Positions 13,065-25,602 of a DNA stretch of 64,000 nucleotides are shown in pieces (positions within the stretch are counted from its first letter, which is position 1; each line of letters starts with the position of its first letter). Source of the DNA: Lama guanicoe (lineage: Eukaryota). Position numbers and translations under genes: made by a program. Under the pieces are notes generated by a model. It saw nothing but the letters and a program-made list of their open reading frames with translations, was not told the DNA's origin and made no database searches. The stretch is from positions 9,224,898 to 9,288,897 of the forward strand of contig MU054212.1 in assembly GCA_013239625.1 (NCBI GenBank), written 5' to 3'.

Positions 13065-13560
13065 CTCGCCAGCGAGCGCCGGGGGTCCTGGGCCCGACCC
13101 CCAGGCGGGGGCGGAGGCGGAGGCGGAGACGAGAGCGAGGCGGAGCGGGCGCTGGAGCCGGAGCCGGAGCCAGAGGAGCGAGCCTCCCTGAGCGAGAAGG
13201 AGCGGCAGAATGAGGCGCTGAACGAGCGGGACAACTGCTCGGCCTCCAGCATCTCGTCGTCCAGCAGCACGTTGGAGAGGGAGGACAAGGAGGACAGGCG
13301 CTCCCGGGACGGCGGGGCCGGTAAGGAAGCCCGTTTCTCAGCGAGTGCGGCCCAGGGAACCCCGGCGCGCGGAGGGGCGGGGCCGGGGGTCGCTGGCCTC
13401 CGAGCTGACCCGCAGGCCCGTCTCACTCAGCAGACTGTCCCCCGTGTCCGGGGGCGAGGGTGTGGCCACCCTCAGCCAGCCGGCAGCTTCCTGCCCCGCG
13501 GAAGGGCCCCGCCCTCTGTCGTGCTGTTGCGCCAGGACGTCTAAAGGGCCGGTAGCGATG
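13065..13560. other. Intragenic CpG-island-like GC-rich patch covering the exon and its downstream intron
   Basis: Very high GC content and dense CG dinucleotides compared with the CpG-depleted flanks. Confidence 0.7.
13073..13320 (+). CDS. FHOD3: FHOD3 coding exon (ASAGGPGPDPQAGAEAEAE../..ESEAERALEPEPEPEERASLSEKERQNEALNERDNCSASSISSSSSTLEREDKEDRRSRDGGA), with an apparent internal frameshift
   Basis: Acceptor ttgtctcgccag| at 13072/13073 and donor GCCG|gtaagg at 13320/13321. EERASLSEKERQNE..ERDNCSASS..STLERE is typical FHOD3 sequence. The 5' and 3' parts are in different frames (248 nt between two phase-1 junctions). Confidence 0.8.
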
Positions 13561-15329
13561 CACCTTCATGAGGAATAAGCCCCAGAGGAGAGATTCCCCA
13601 TTTCCCTCTAATTGTTTAAGTGTTCATAGTACGTGTGGCTTTTCTCTGATTCAAATTTAGAGCCGTGTCATGTTGTCATCTGCTCCTTTGAAAGAGTTTT
13701 CCCAGTGAGGTGTGTTAAGCCGTTGTGACCAAGCATCGCAGACCAGAGTCAGTTTGTTGAAAAGGATGATGTGGTGCTTCCCAAAAGTGGCGGTTTGCAG
13801 TGTGCTGAGGGCGCTTTGATGTGCTCTGCTGGAATGCGCATCATTTAGCTAATTTTCTGCAATTTACTCAGGACCACTCTTTTCTTTGGTATCAAGTACA
13901 CTCTTTTTCTTACAGAATGATTCCTTGTTAGTGTTATACCTGACATTCATCCAGTTTCACCTGTTTAATGGTGACTTTATGATTACAGCCCAAATGAAAT
14001 ATTAGCCTTCACTAGGAACTCGGGGTGGGTACCACGGAGGGTTTTAGAAATTGTAAAAGATTCAAATAATCGTTTGAATTATGACTCCTGTGTGACACCA
14101 TGGGGTTGGCTTTCCTACGCATGATGTACATGCTGTCGTGGGGGCAGGAAGCCACCTCTTTCCCCTAACACTCCTTACCAGTAGAGGTGTGTCTTCTGGG
14201 CCAACCAGCCACTACACAGTGACACAGACTCAAGGAGCCTACATCTGAGGCCCAAAGGGCAGTATTAAGGCTCCTCATGGGCCTTTAACCAGTGGCAGGA
14301 CTCCTGCATGGCTTGGTAGGTCACAGGTTAAGGATACGTTGTCCCTGGAGCCTGGACGAGTGAATGAAGATTGAATGAATGAATGATGCCATCATGTCTC
14401 CCAGGAGACCTGTCAATCAGTGGCTTAGTCTAAAAGAGTTAGTATTTGAGTTTCCACAGTTGTATTATTAGATTTTAGCCTCTGTATCGCTGGTCACTGT
14501 GATGCGGTGAAAAAGGAAGACTGAAACACTTTATTAGTTTACATCTTAGGAATTATGGCATTTAAAACCCTTTGGTTGAAGATGTACGTGCCAAGAGGAT
14601 TACATATATTGATACTTAATTTCTTTCAAAGTCAGAGTACAGTTAAACTCTCAAATTCTACTTGTAATTATTTACATCTACTGTAATTATGGTCAGAGTA
14701 CAGGCTGTTGGGTAAGTCTTCTCCATCCGTTTGCCCTTAAATCATGTTTTATTTATTATGTATAACTCTAGGAATTGGTCATCACAACTAGGTTTAGCAG
14801 GCCTAAAACATATCAACAACTTGGATTAGTAAAAATAAGGCAGGGAACAGTACTTTCTTGGATCAGATTGCCCAATATTCTTCCAAGTAAGTACAACTTT
14901 CCAAAAATGGATACTCTGCTCCCAGTGAGGAACCATTGACTTTCTCCCTCAAGCTGGTGGTGTCCAGGAATTAGAGCTTTACAGTGACTTTTCTGCTTCA
15001 GTCTGGGGTTGTTAAGAGATATGATCATGTTTATTTGTTGTAGCTTATTGGTTCCTAACAAAATCCCACTGCTCACGGCACCACCAGCAGCCGTGGAATC
15101 GGGGAAGCTCTGTCATCATTCTTCTTGCTTTTCAGAATGTTCTCAATTAGATCACAAAGGCTATCAGGTGGTTCCCAATCTTACTTCTAATGGTTGTCCC
15201 TGTGGCTCGAAGATGAATTTGTAGGGCTTGAAAGAGACTCAACTGATTCCAGTCGTGTGGTTTTATTTGTCTTTGTTTCATGTGTTCTGCTCCCTGGCGT
15301 TAGTGTGAGAGGCTGTATCGTGGCATTCA

Positions 15330-15490
15330 CAGCATTTTGTTGTAACTGTCCTTTGTCTCTACTTGAAGGTAAGCTTTGTGAGGGTGGGGGTGTCTTTCTT
15401 GTTCACTGTGAGTCCTCCCCTCCTAGCTGGGTGTCCAGAACATAGTAGGGGTTCACACAGCCACTGATGAATAAAGGTTAAATGACGTTG
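15330..15490 (+). mobile_element. L2 3'-end fragment
   Basis: taagctttgtgagggtggggg..ttgttcactgtg..cctag..acatagtagg..tgaataaa pattern of the L2 3' end. Confidence 0.55.
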
Positions 15491-15519
15491 TTGACCAGAA
15501 GGGAAATGACAGATGAAGG

Positions 15520-16400
15520 CTTGGGATTCCAGCAAGAAAAGAACAACAGACTGGGTAAGAGTAGGTCTAAATTTTAAAAATTCTATCTGTTTCCTTGGGA
15601 GCTTCTTAAATCATTTTTGATGGTGGAAGCAAAAATTATATTTGATGTGCAATGTTCAGTGTATGTAGAGGAAATACTTCAGACAACTATATTTTAAAAG
15701 TGGGAGGAAAGGGGAGGGTATAGCTCAGGGGTAGAGCACGTGCTCAGCATGCACGAGGTCCTGGGTTCAATCCCCAGTCCCTCCATTAAAATAAACAAAC
15801 AAACAAACAAACAAGCAAACAAATAAACCTAATTACCTACCTCCCCAACTGCCCCCCACCCCGCAAAAAAGTGGGAGGGTCAAGGGATCTAAATGGAAGT
15901 AAGGTTTCTACACTTCGAAGTAGTAAGACATCAATACCAGTAGACTAGTTTAGTGTGTATATATATGGTAACACCTAGAGCAAACACTGAGGAAATTACG
16001 TGAAGCAACGTACTCAGAAACACTATAGATAAATCACATTGAAATTTTAAAAAAATGTTCAAGTTACTCACCCAAGACCAAGAAAGGAGGAACAGAGGCT
16101 GAAACAAAGGGAACAAACAAAAACAAACAAATGGCCGACTGAAGCCCTAACGTATTAATAATTGCTTTAAATTAAAGACAGAGATTTGCAGAGTGGATAA
16201 AAACACAACCCAGTTATGTGCTATCTATATGCAACTCATTTCAAACGTAATGACATGGGCAGATGGAAAGTTGAAAGTTGGGAAAAGATATCAAGGCACC
16301 ATTAATCAAAGAAAAGCAGGAGTGGCTGTATTAATATCAGATAAAGTAGACTTCAAAGCAAAGGCGATTACTAGGGACCCTACATGATGATTAAGAAAAA
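15520..16400 (+). mobile_element. Degenerate L1 fragment (inter-ORF region and ORF2 endonuclease N-terminus), interrupted by a SINE
   Basis: ORF 16193-16387 reads NQRKAGVAVLISDKVDFK, the L1 ORF2 endonuclease signature. A-rich + strand. Confidence 0.8.
15711..15866 (+). mobile_element. tRNA-Ala-derived SINE (Vic-1 type) with (AAAC)n tail
   Basis: Same head as the copy at 2129; target-site duplication aaaagtgggagg at 15696-15707 and 15867-15878. Confidence 0.88.
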
Positions 16401-17371
16401 AAAAAGACCAAAATGAATGAAGAAAGTAAACGAGAAAACCAGCATTTAAGTTGTTACCTGATTATGCTCTTTTCCCAGGCGCCAAAATAAGAAATTGCCA
16501 ACATTTCCCAATAAAAGGAGAGAGTGAGGCAGTCTTTTGAGAGACACTCAGCTACTTATCTGCCACAGCCTCCTGGCATCCAAGCAGTCTCCCTGTTTAC
16601 AGGACTGTCTGACCAGCTGTAGAGATTTTTTCCATCATGTCCTCAAATGTCACCTTCTCTCTTTGATAGTGATTATCGCCTGAGTGTGTTCTGTTGGTGA
16701 GACCTACAAGAGGACTCAAGAGCTCCTTGTTCTGGGGCTAGTCGCTTGGTGAGCTTGGCCACTGTTGAGCAGAACATAGAGAACAAAGCTACACTGGGAA
16801 AAACAGAGCACCAGGGGGCCTTTGTGCTTCCCCAGTAAATACCCCCTCAAGGATGCAGACACGGCCACGTGGGAGAGACCCAGTGTCCTCCCCCAGCACG
16901 TGGGGTCAGGCCCTGCTCCTTTGGTGGGATGAAGCTCCCCATGCTCACGTCCTCGGCCTGGGTCTCCTGCCCCTCCCCAAACAGGTGTCCACGGGGGCCC
17001 TGGATACCTGATGGAACTCACAACCTGAAATGCCCAGCACCCAGCCTTGCTGGCCCTTAAGACACAAACTCAGAAGAATGACATTCCTGCCCATACATTC
17101 ATTCATTCATCCTACATGCTGGAGATAACAACAGTGAACTAAACAAACCCAGATCCCTGCCCTTGTAGAGTTTACATTCCAAGGAAGAACACAGTTTAAC
17201 AAGTAATTATAATTGTTCCCGGGATGGGGCAAAGGCAGCAATAAAATAAAAAAGGAAAGCATGTGGAAGATGAGACAGTAAGAAGTGCGTAGGTGGAAAA
17301 TAAAACAGGAAAGGATGATAAACCACGTAGGGGAGAGGGAGGTTTGCACAATTCAAAGTAAAGTGGTTAAC

Positions 17372-17449
17372 GGGGAGGGCATAGCTCAGTGTAGAGTGTG
17401 TTCTTAGCATTCATGAAGTCCTGGATTCAATCCCCAGTACCTCCATTAA
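17372..17449 (+). mobile_element. tRNA-Ala-derived SINE (Vic-1 type) inserted in L2
   Basis: ggggagggcatagctcagtgtagag..ttagcattcatgaagtcctggattcaatccccagtacctcc. Confidence 0.85.
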
Positions 17450-17463
17450 GATAGGTAGGTAGG

Positions 17464-17514
<51 letters not shown>

Positions 17515-17540
17515 GCAGGCAGGCAGGCAGGCAGGTAGAT
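17450..17540 (+). repeat. Compound tetranucleotide microsatellite (TAGG)n(TAGA)n(CAGG)n
   Basis: Directly visible; about 12 GATA units at the SINE tail. Confidence 0.95.
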
Positions 17541-19500
17541 AAGGTGGCCAAGGAAGACTTCACTGGAAGTATAACTATTTGAGCAAAGACCTATAGGAAG
17601 TTGAGAAGCAAATTGTGTGGTTAACTGGGTTTGTCACAAGAGGGGCAAAGTCCCTGTGGCTGGGTCATGCCTGGTGAACTCCAGGAATGTCAAGGAGCTA
17701 CTGCAGGCGAAGAAGTTCATGTCTGTGTATCTGGGAGGGCGAGGAGTGGTGCTGGAGGCGGTGGTTGGAGAGGAGAGAACATTCAGGTGGGACCTACATG
17801 GCTCGTGAACACTGACAGGTCATTGGCCTTTAGTCTCAGTGAAACATGGCACCATCAGGACAGAAGGATATACATTTCAACGTATCACGACGTGGCTGTT
17901 GTGTTAAGAACTGACTGTAGAGGGACAAGGGCAGAAGCCAGGACCGGCGCGGGGACTCCCCTGCAATGCTGCCAGCGAGAAACCATGCTGGTTCGGAGCA
18001 GGGTCGTTGTGCCAGGGGTGGGATGAGAGAAGTGGTTGGATTCTGGATGCAACATGAAGATTTAGCCAACAGGATGCCCTGCGGTGTTGGATGTGTGGGC
18101 TGAAGGAACAGGAGGAGTCAGGGATGACTCCAAGTTTTTTTGGAATTGGCCGCAAGGTAGATAAAGTTGCCGTATCGGAGGTGGGAAATGAATACACAAA
18201 AGGCAGGTTCAGTGAGTGGATGGGAGTGAGGGCAGAAGTCGGTGTTTAAAGCCTGGAGCCTGGATGAGATGATGACTAAGATAGTGAGTGTACGGAGAGT
18301 GAAGAGGTCCATGGATATTTAAAGTTTAAAGATAAGAGGAACCAAAAGAGGAGACTGAGAAGGAGCAGCCAAAAAGAAGGAAGCAAACCAGGTGAGTGCC
18401 ATGACCTGGACGCCGAGTAAGGGTGTTAAGTCAAGGGTGAGGGGTTGACAGCTGGGTCTAATGCAATAGGAATATCATCGGTCACTCGGAAAGGAGCATC
18501 TTTCATTAGCCTGGGTTCAAGAGAGATAAAGAGAGAAATTGCAGACAGCCGAACAATTCTTGTGAGCAGCTTTACTTTAAAAGAAAAGAGAAAATTTGGA
18601 TTATAGCTGGATTGATAAGTGGAATCAAGTGAGGTTTGTTGTTTTAATGGGTGAAGTTAACCATGTTTATGTGCAGGAGAAGCATGGGAGATGCAGGACA
18701 GAAAACTGCTGAAGTGATTTCCAAATGCCCAAGTGGAGCGGTTGATCCCTGCTAAGAGAACGGCTTATCAGTAGTCACAGGAGGGAGGCCATGGTTGGGG
18801 CTCAGGTGCAGGTGGATGGGAGGAGGCAGAATGGAGGCCCTGGAAGATCTCTGACCTTGTCTCTTAAGCTGTTGAACTGGGAAGCAAGGCCATGCTTGCA
18901 GAGGATGAGATGGGTGGTGGAAGCTAGAGGAGAGAGGAGGTGTGTGACACGTCATGTAGGAGAGGTCACGGATGGGACCGCCAGGCAACGTGATGGGTCT
19001 CCCGAAGACTGGTGGCTGCAAACTTGCAGTGTGACCAGTGGCGGGGTTTGTGTGTTTCTCTGGGTGCTTTGGCTGTGCTGGTGCAGAGGTGGGGTAGGGG
19101 GCGTAACTCCACAGCCTTTCCAACACCTGCTGTGGATGAGGCGGCATTTCCTTGTCTCGCTGTGTCTAGTTAGGGCAGAAGCCCCTGGGTGGCTCCTGAC
19201 CAGCTGTCATGGGTGGGCAAGAAAGGTCAGGAAAATTTCTCCCATGAGCCTAGGCCAGAGCCACAAAAAGTGTCACACCTGTAAGTGTCTTGGGTCCTAG
19301 AGTGGGTCATTGGCACTTTGATGCAGCATCTTTCTGGTCAGGAGCATCTTGTCAGCCATGCATGCCTTCCTCTTCAATTGCTTCATTTCCATGTCTCCCT
19401 GAGTCACTCTGTGTGTAAAGCCCACGTGTTGCCGCGTTGGTTTTCTCGTGGGATTGAGGTCCGTGCCATGTTCTCACTTTTTCCCCCCGTATACTTTCAG

Positions 19501-20381
19501 GTTTGTGGTCCACGGGTGTTCAGGATGCCGGAGTAAATGAGCAGTGTGGCGACATCCTCACCAGCAAACGGTTCATGCTGGACATGCTGTATGCCCATAA
19601 CAGAAAACCCACGGATGACGAGGAGAAGGGGGAGGGCGAGACCAGGAGGCCTGAGCCGGGGGCGGAGGCGGTAGCCAGCCTGGCCAGTAGGATATCCACC
19701 CTGCAGGCCAACGCTTTCGTCCAGGATGAGAGTGTTAGGAAGGTGGACGTTGACTGTCTGGACAATCGGGGCAGCGTGAAAGCCTTTGCTGAGAAATTCA
19801 ATAGCGGGGACCTAGGGAAAGGGTCCATCTCCCCCGATGGCGAGCCCAATGACAAGGTCACCGAGAAGGCGTCTGAGCAGCCGAAGACGGAATCTGACTA
19901 CATCTGGGACCAGCTCATGGCCAATCCGAGGGAGCTCAGAATCCAAGACATGGACTTCACTGACCTGGGGGAGGAGGATGACATCGACGTCCTGGACGTG
20001 GACCTGGGTCACAGGGAGGCCCCAGGGCCCCCTCCTCCGCCCCCGCCCACCTTTCTGGGTCTGCCGCCCCCGCCCCCTCCGCCCCTGCTGGACAGCGTGC
20101 CTCCCCCTCCAGTCCCCGGTAATTTATTGGCTCCTCCTCCAGTGTTCAATGCTCCTCAGGGCTTAGGGTGGCCCCAGGTACCCAGGGGCCAGCCAGCATT
20201 CACCAAGAAAAAGAAGACCATCCGTCTGTTCTGGAATGAAGTGCGGCCGTTCGAGTGGCCGTGTAAGAACAACGGCCGCTGCAGAGAATTCCTGTGGTCG
20301 AAACTGGAACCTATCAAGGTGGACACCTCCAAGCTGGAGCACCTGTTTGAGTCGAAATCTAAGGAACTGGCCGTCTCCAAG
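19501..20381 (+). CDS. FHOD3: FHOD3 large exon: FH1 polyproline region and start of the FH2 domain
   Basis: Acceptor tactttcag| at 19500/19501 and donor AAG|gtaccg at 20381/20382. Encodes KRFMLDMLYAHNRK, poly-Pro tracts and KKKKTIRLFWNEVRPF..LEHLFESKSKEL. Phase 1 in, phase 0 out. Confidence 0.97.
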
Positions 20382-21257
20382 GTACCGCTAGCATCCAGCA
20401 TGCTTCTTGATTTGCAGTGTTCCTTTTAGCTGTTGGGTAGAACGGAGAGATGCGTTGTACGTAAAATTCCCTGCGGGTTGCTCTTGCTGTTTGCTAAAAA
20501 AAAAGTTAGCGGGTATAAAAATCTGATCTATAGTACAGAACTCTCTGTGCCACATACTAGTGGAAGCTGAATGAGTGAGGGATGTTTCTTAGCTAACATG
20601 GACACAGCTTACTAACACCATTACGCAAGGTGGCTTTCAAAGCACCCAATAACCTGGAGGAAGAAACCAAAAGACAACTCTGGGAATGTTAGCATGGCCC
20701 AAAGACAGATGTTGGCATTAACTAGGCAAAAGGAGACTTGCTAAGCTATCAAATACACTGACTTCAGCCACGGGATATGTTACTTTGTTGATGATGATTG
20801 ATGGTAGTGGTTTGCACCTCAACTGTAACCACATAATGCTTTCACAAAGGCAATACCCCGTGTGACATTTCTTGAGAGAATCCCCTGGCTGAGTCAGCAC
20901 ACTACAACCATTTGGATGCTTCCAGATAGCCATATTGTTAGCATCCTGTAAACAAGACACTTGAATCTAGAGTTTTTAATTTCTCATAAATGTTTGAGAG
21001 CCTTGTAGGCGTTGCTGCTTTGGGATTTCAAACAGAGATGTTCTGTCCACTTTTATCAATGGAAAGATCTATACATGAAGTTATTGGGCATCAAAGGTGA
21101 AGTCATGGCTACTGAAAACTGATGAAGGGGCTTCGTGATGCTGGACCACAGATTTTATTTCTAATGATTTGCTTCATTAATACAGTCTCCTTCACATAAG
21201 TCTTAACTGATTTTTTTTAACACTCTTATGTTATTCTGGGTATATTACAGTTTTAAA

Positions 21258-21312
21258 ATAATAATAATAATAACAACAACAACAACAAAACAGCAGCAAC
21301 AACAATAATAAT
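21258..21312 (+). repeat. Compound trinucleotide microsatellite (AAT)n(AAC)n
   Basis: aataataataataataacaacaacaacaac.. Confidence 0.85.
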
Positions 21313-24300
21313 ACAGGTTTAAGACTGTCTTCTCTTCTCAGGAACTAGGGGTGTGAGAAAACACTTTGCAAAGTTTAGAGTAAATGTGGAAGAACTTATG
21401 ATTATGAGTTAATTGTAGCTCCATGGGCTGCTCCATTTAGCATAATTTTAGATGAGTATTAAAGCTGCCTGAGTTGGGCTCCCGACCTACCAGTCAGGCA
21501 CCGATTTGGAATCAAAAGGTACGAGCAGCATCCTCAGGACAGGAGCGCCCTTCGACGAGGTGCCGAGTGATGGGGGTGGTGCCTGTGTGATGCTGAAAGG
21601 CTAGGTTGGAGCTGTAATTGGTCGACTTCCTGTTAAAACCTATGCTGGGGGTCTGAACTGCCTGTTCCTCTTCCTGAGTTGGCCTTTACCCTCGTGCTGA
21701 CTTCTGCCCTGTCCCAGCAAGGATGGGAATCTCAACCATTTCCAGCCTCAGAGATCCCCCAAGTCAGAATTAAAGTTTTCTTCTGTTTGTCAATCAAACT
21801 GCCAGGATCCTGTATAGAAAATCATGCCCATTGATTGGTCCTCTCCTTCAACTGAAATCAGACCTCTTGTCCTCTCTTAGGAAATACTGCCTAGGGAGCT
21901 GATGTTGGGCACCCGCTCTCAGTGCCCCTGGGTCCTGACTTTCCCAGGACCGGTCACATGTGGTCATGAGCTGTCCACACGCCCCCTCCAGTTCTCACAG
22001 CCGGGTCCGGCACCTGGGAGAGGACTGGCGTGGCTAGGTTAAACCAGCAGTCTGGTGGCCTGGAGCCACCCAGGGCTTGACCTCGCTTTCTCCACCCGCC
22101 AATCGCTGATCTGTTGGCCCGTCTCCTTCATCCTGCTTCTTTCCAAGTGATCTCCTCTGACTGCCTCCACCCTCCGGGCTTCCCCTGGCTGCTCCTCAGC
22201 CTTGGAGGTTCCTAGGGGCGGAGGGGTGCTGGCTCTTGACCCAGGTGGGAGCCATAAGAGGGAGTAACAGTTTGGCAGTGAAATCATGTCTGACTTCATT
22301 TTTACAAGGGGAATGGCAAGGTTAAATCTTCCCTGAGAAGACCCAGAGTAGACAATTCACTTCCCTCCTTCCCTCCTCGTGGTCCCCCTGTGGATGGTGA
22401 TGGATCTGATTGGTGTCTTCTCAGGAACCCAAAGTTCTGTTCTTGCTGGAAGTAGGTGGCAGCCTCTTAAAGTACTTTATTGCCTACCTAGAGGACCGAT
22501 GTTTGCCTCATTTTTATAAAGTGAGAGCAGAAAAGGAAAGTAATATATCAAAACGTTTTCCAAACTGATTCCAGAATGTGCCCCCAATGGGACCTAAGAG
22601 CCCATTTTGGGGGGATAGCAAATGTGAGCAGGGGCTAATTTACCAATGTTACAGAAAGTGAAAAGGCAAATTGGAGAGTTGAATCGGTTATGTGTCTGTT
22701 ACCAACACAGGTAATAACCAGTTTTACTTCTGTTTCTAATCCTCGTCTGTGATTTTCGTAAAACGCAGCTAAAAACAGCCACTTCCGAATTCCGGCTCAT
22801 GAGAAGCTTTTCATTAAACACAAGAGAGCACAGCACACATAAAATAGACTTCGCAAGGCCACACAGGGCAAAGGGAATCAGTTTTCTTTTCCATCAGAAA
22901 ACTTACACCAGTCTGGAGTTACAGGGCATGGTTATGACCGCCCGAGTCACCCCTGAAGATTCGCGTGCTGGAGCCAAGGCTGGGCTGACCACTTAATGGA
23001 AATGATAAGAACAGACAGATGTGCTCTTTGGTTTTCTTTCCAAATAGTTTCTGGAACTGGATTGACTTTTCTTTCTCAGCAAGAAATATATATAGCTTTT
23101 TAGCAAGATGACTTTAATTACGTTTTGTGGAGAAAGGCAGAAATCCTGTGCTAAATTTCATCATGTTGTGTTTCTGCTGCCAGTCTGAGATGTGGGGAAT
23201 GGCATAGGAGATGGTTAAAATGTCCCCAGAGAAGGATGTCAGGGCAGAAAGCCCCTTGCTGGGGGTGGGGAGGTACCTTCTGTGGACTTGGCATCGCCCA
23301 GAGAAGCCCCAGGAAGTGGTCTTCAAACCTGTGTGCTTAATCCAGGGCGGCCAAGTCCCACCTGCCCCCAGAGGGCAGCTTTTATATCCCGAGTTCCAGA
23401 CAGACAGCAGGACGTGTGGCGTGGAAAACGGTACCCGAAGGAAGGAGGGGACCTGGTTTCCCCTCTGGTGTCTCATTGCTGTCTTACTCCCCAGCGTTCA
23501 CTAGATTTATCATGGGGAGGGGGCTCCAGAGTGGATTTGGAGAAATCTGTTCAACTTTATTTACCTTGAAGTTTTGAAACATACCAGAAACTATTAGCCC
23601 TGACTTTTTAAGAAAATCCAGAGATGATGATTTATCTGATCTGGAGTAAGCCCCAGCCTGGGTTGTCTTGAAGAGCTCCCCAGAGACTCAACGCAAGTTG
23701 TGAACCATTGATTTAAAGTGAAAAGTGAGGCACCAGTGAGGGGGGCATTGCTCCCACCACCACTGTCCACAGTGACCCCTCCACCCTGCCAACCCCCTGA
23801 CTCCATTTTATTCTTCTGAGAAGAGAATAAAATCTTCCTACCCTGTGTTCGTGTTCATGTCATAAGGGAGCATGTTATTTTATTTAACAGCTCTCCCTGA
23901 ATTCTACCTGGGAATTCCAAACCCAACTTTGGGACTTGACTGGGGTGATCACACATCCTCGTGTACCCAGGATAGTCCTGGTGTATTTCTGGGGTCCCAG
24001 CATCTAATTAGTAAGAGCACTCCCGTCCCCTCTCAAAAGGCTCCTGGTCGGGGCACTGGGTAAACCACATTAACACTGGAAATGTACCTGTGTTACAGCT
24101 GTCCTTTGCTAGGAAAGACCTAAAGGGTGAATAGGGGAAATTAACATTTTTTCCCTAAACTTGTCAGTAAACGAGCCTATTCTGGCAAGTTATGCAGAAT
24201 CTTTATTCCTAACTGAAGGTCTTCCAGCCTTTATTTAGTTGGCTTTGTTGTTGTTGTTGTTTGTTACTGTTTTGCCTCTGGCCTTAATGCTTTCCCACAT

Positions 24301-25254
24301 ATATCACCGTCTGGCTTGTTCCAGGACTTTGGAAGATTCCATAGTGGTCCCATCTTTATGGCCTCTGTATTGTGGCATCACTGTCATTGTCACTTTCTCA
24401 GCAGACAGCTTTGAAAATATCCTGTGGCGTCACCCTCTTGGCAGTTAGCAGGGAGTGAGGAGGAATGATTTACCATTTCTAGAACTCGTGCCTCGCTGAG
24501 CCAGCCCCGGGGTCAGTGGCAGGGATGCTGAGAAGCATTTTGAGAGGTTGGTCGCCTTTCATGGAAATGCTCTCAAACTTAGCGGTATTCTCCAAGACTC
24601 TGAGTTCTCTTCATAAATCATGTCCTCAGCCGAGTTTCTATTTTCGGTGCCAGCACCCTCTGGGATAACAAGTTCTATGTGCTGAATATCCACTTTTTAA
24701 AAATTGCCTCCTTTATTTCTAGTAAAATTGCTCTTTAAAAATTCAAAGGGGTGATCCTTTGGGGCGACATTTCAGAAAACTTTGCAAGGCGAGTCTTCCA
24801 CCTGCCCGGATGGCGAGCCTCCACGGTCTTTGCTGGTGCCCCCCTCCCAACTGTTCATTTCCTCCTCTTCCCCTGGCGTGGGAGTCAGGGCTTCCACGTG
24901 GCCCTTCTTTGGACCTTGATCCTCTTTATCAAAGTGCATTAACCCCTGAGTGTCCAAGGACAGGTTCTCAGTAACCGACAGCTCAGCTCCTGGTGCTGGG
25001 ATGACCTTGGCATTAGATGGGCGTGTCAGGCTCATTTTAACATCAGCGCAGACTTCCTGCATCATCTGTAGCTGTGGGGACTTTATCCCACATTATTCAT
25101 AAAAATGACAGACCTTGCTACATCTTGGAATGTTTCTGTATCCTAAGAAGTGTTCCCTTACCCCTGCCTTCTGTTCCCTGTTTTTACATTGCATTCCTCT
25201 TCTGAGAAGAGCAACTTCCTCCTCATCTCAAACCTTTAGACTGTTTTAAAGTCT

Positions 25255-25602
25255 AAATCAGTGACTCTGGTTACATAGACATCTTTCAAACTTCTGTGAC
25301 CCTGTGCTGCCTCCAGACCAAGGAGATCAGGATCCCTGAGGATGGGACCCAGGCATCACTGTTGTTTAGAAGTGACTCCTTGGGGGCAGGAGGGTATAGC
25401 TCAGTGGTAGAGCACATGCTTAGCATGCATAAGGTCCTGGGTTCAATCCTCAGTACCTCCATTTAAAAAACAAATAAAAAAAATGGTAGGGAAAAGATAA
25501 GAAATTTAGAGAATGAATCCTGAGACATGAAAAAAATAATAAAAAATAAAAGTGCCCCTTGGGATTCTCTTGTGCACCCAAAATTGTAAAGCACTGGTCT
25601 AA
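25255..25602. mobile_element. MER5-like hAT remnant split by a SINE
   Basis: atcaggatccctgaggatgggacccaggcatc..tttagaag on the left and gattctcttgtgcacccaaaattg..cactggtctaaa on the right. Confidence 0.55.
25382..25549 (+). mobile_element. tRNA-Ala-derived SINE (Vic-1 type) with extended A-rich tail
   Basis: ggagggtatagctcagtggtagagcacatgcttagcatgcataaggtcctgggttcaatcctcagtacctcc; imperfect target-site duplication aagtgactccttggg / aagtgccccttggg. Confidence 0.88.

Larger units (their letters stand above)
17095..18700 (-). mobile_element. L2 element (long degenerate fragment)
   Basis: Starts cattcattcattcat (reverse complement of the L2 ATGA tail), then agatccctgcccttgtagagtttacattc and a long purine-rich body with ggagtcagggatgactccaagttttt. 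Confidence 0.75.

Noticed and set aside
13046..13426. Minus-strand 126-aa ORF with poly-Pro/Ser
   Set aside because: Antisense shadow of the GC-rich FHOD3 exon.
13895..13925. Strong acceptor-like tract ctctttttcttacag at 13915
   Set aside because: Phase-1 entry meets TGA immediately and no convincing donor follows; a poison exon cannot be supported from sequence alone.
25388..25462. Possible functional tRNA-Ala(AGC) gene (likewise the copies at 2129, 15711, 17372 and 51391)
   Set aside because: Diverged copies with A-rich tails, target-site duplications and no oligo-T terminator directly after the tRNA body; these are SINEs.
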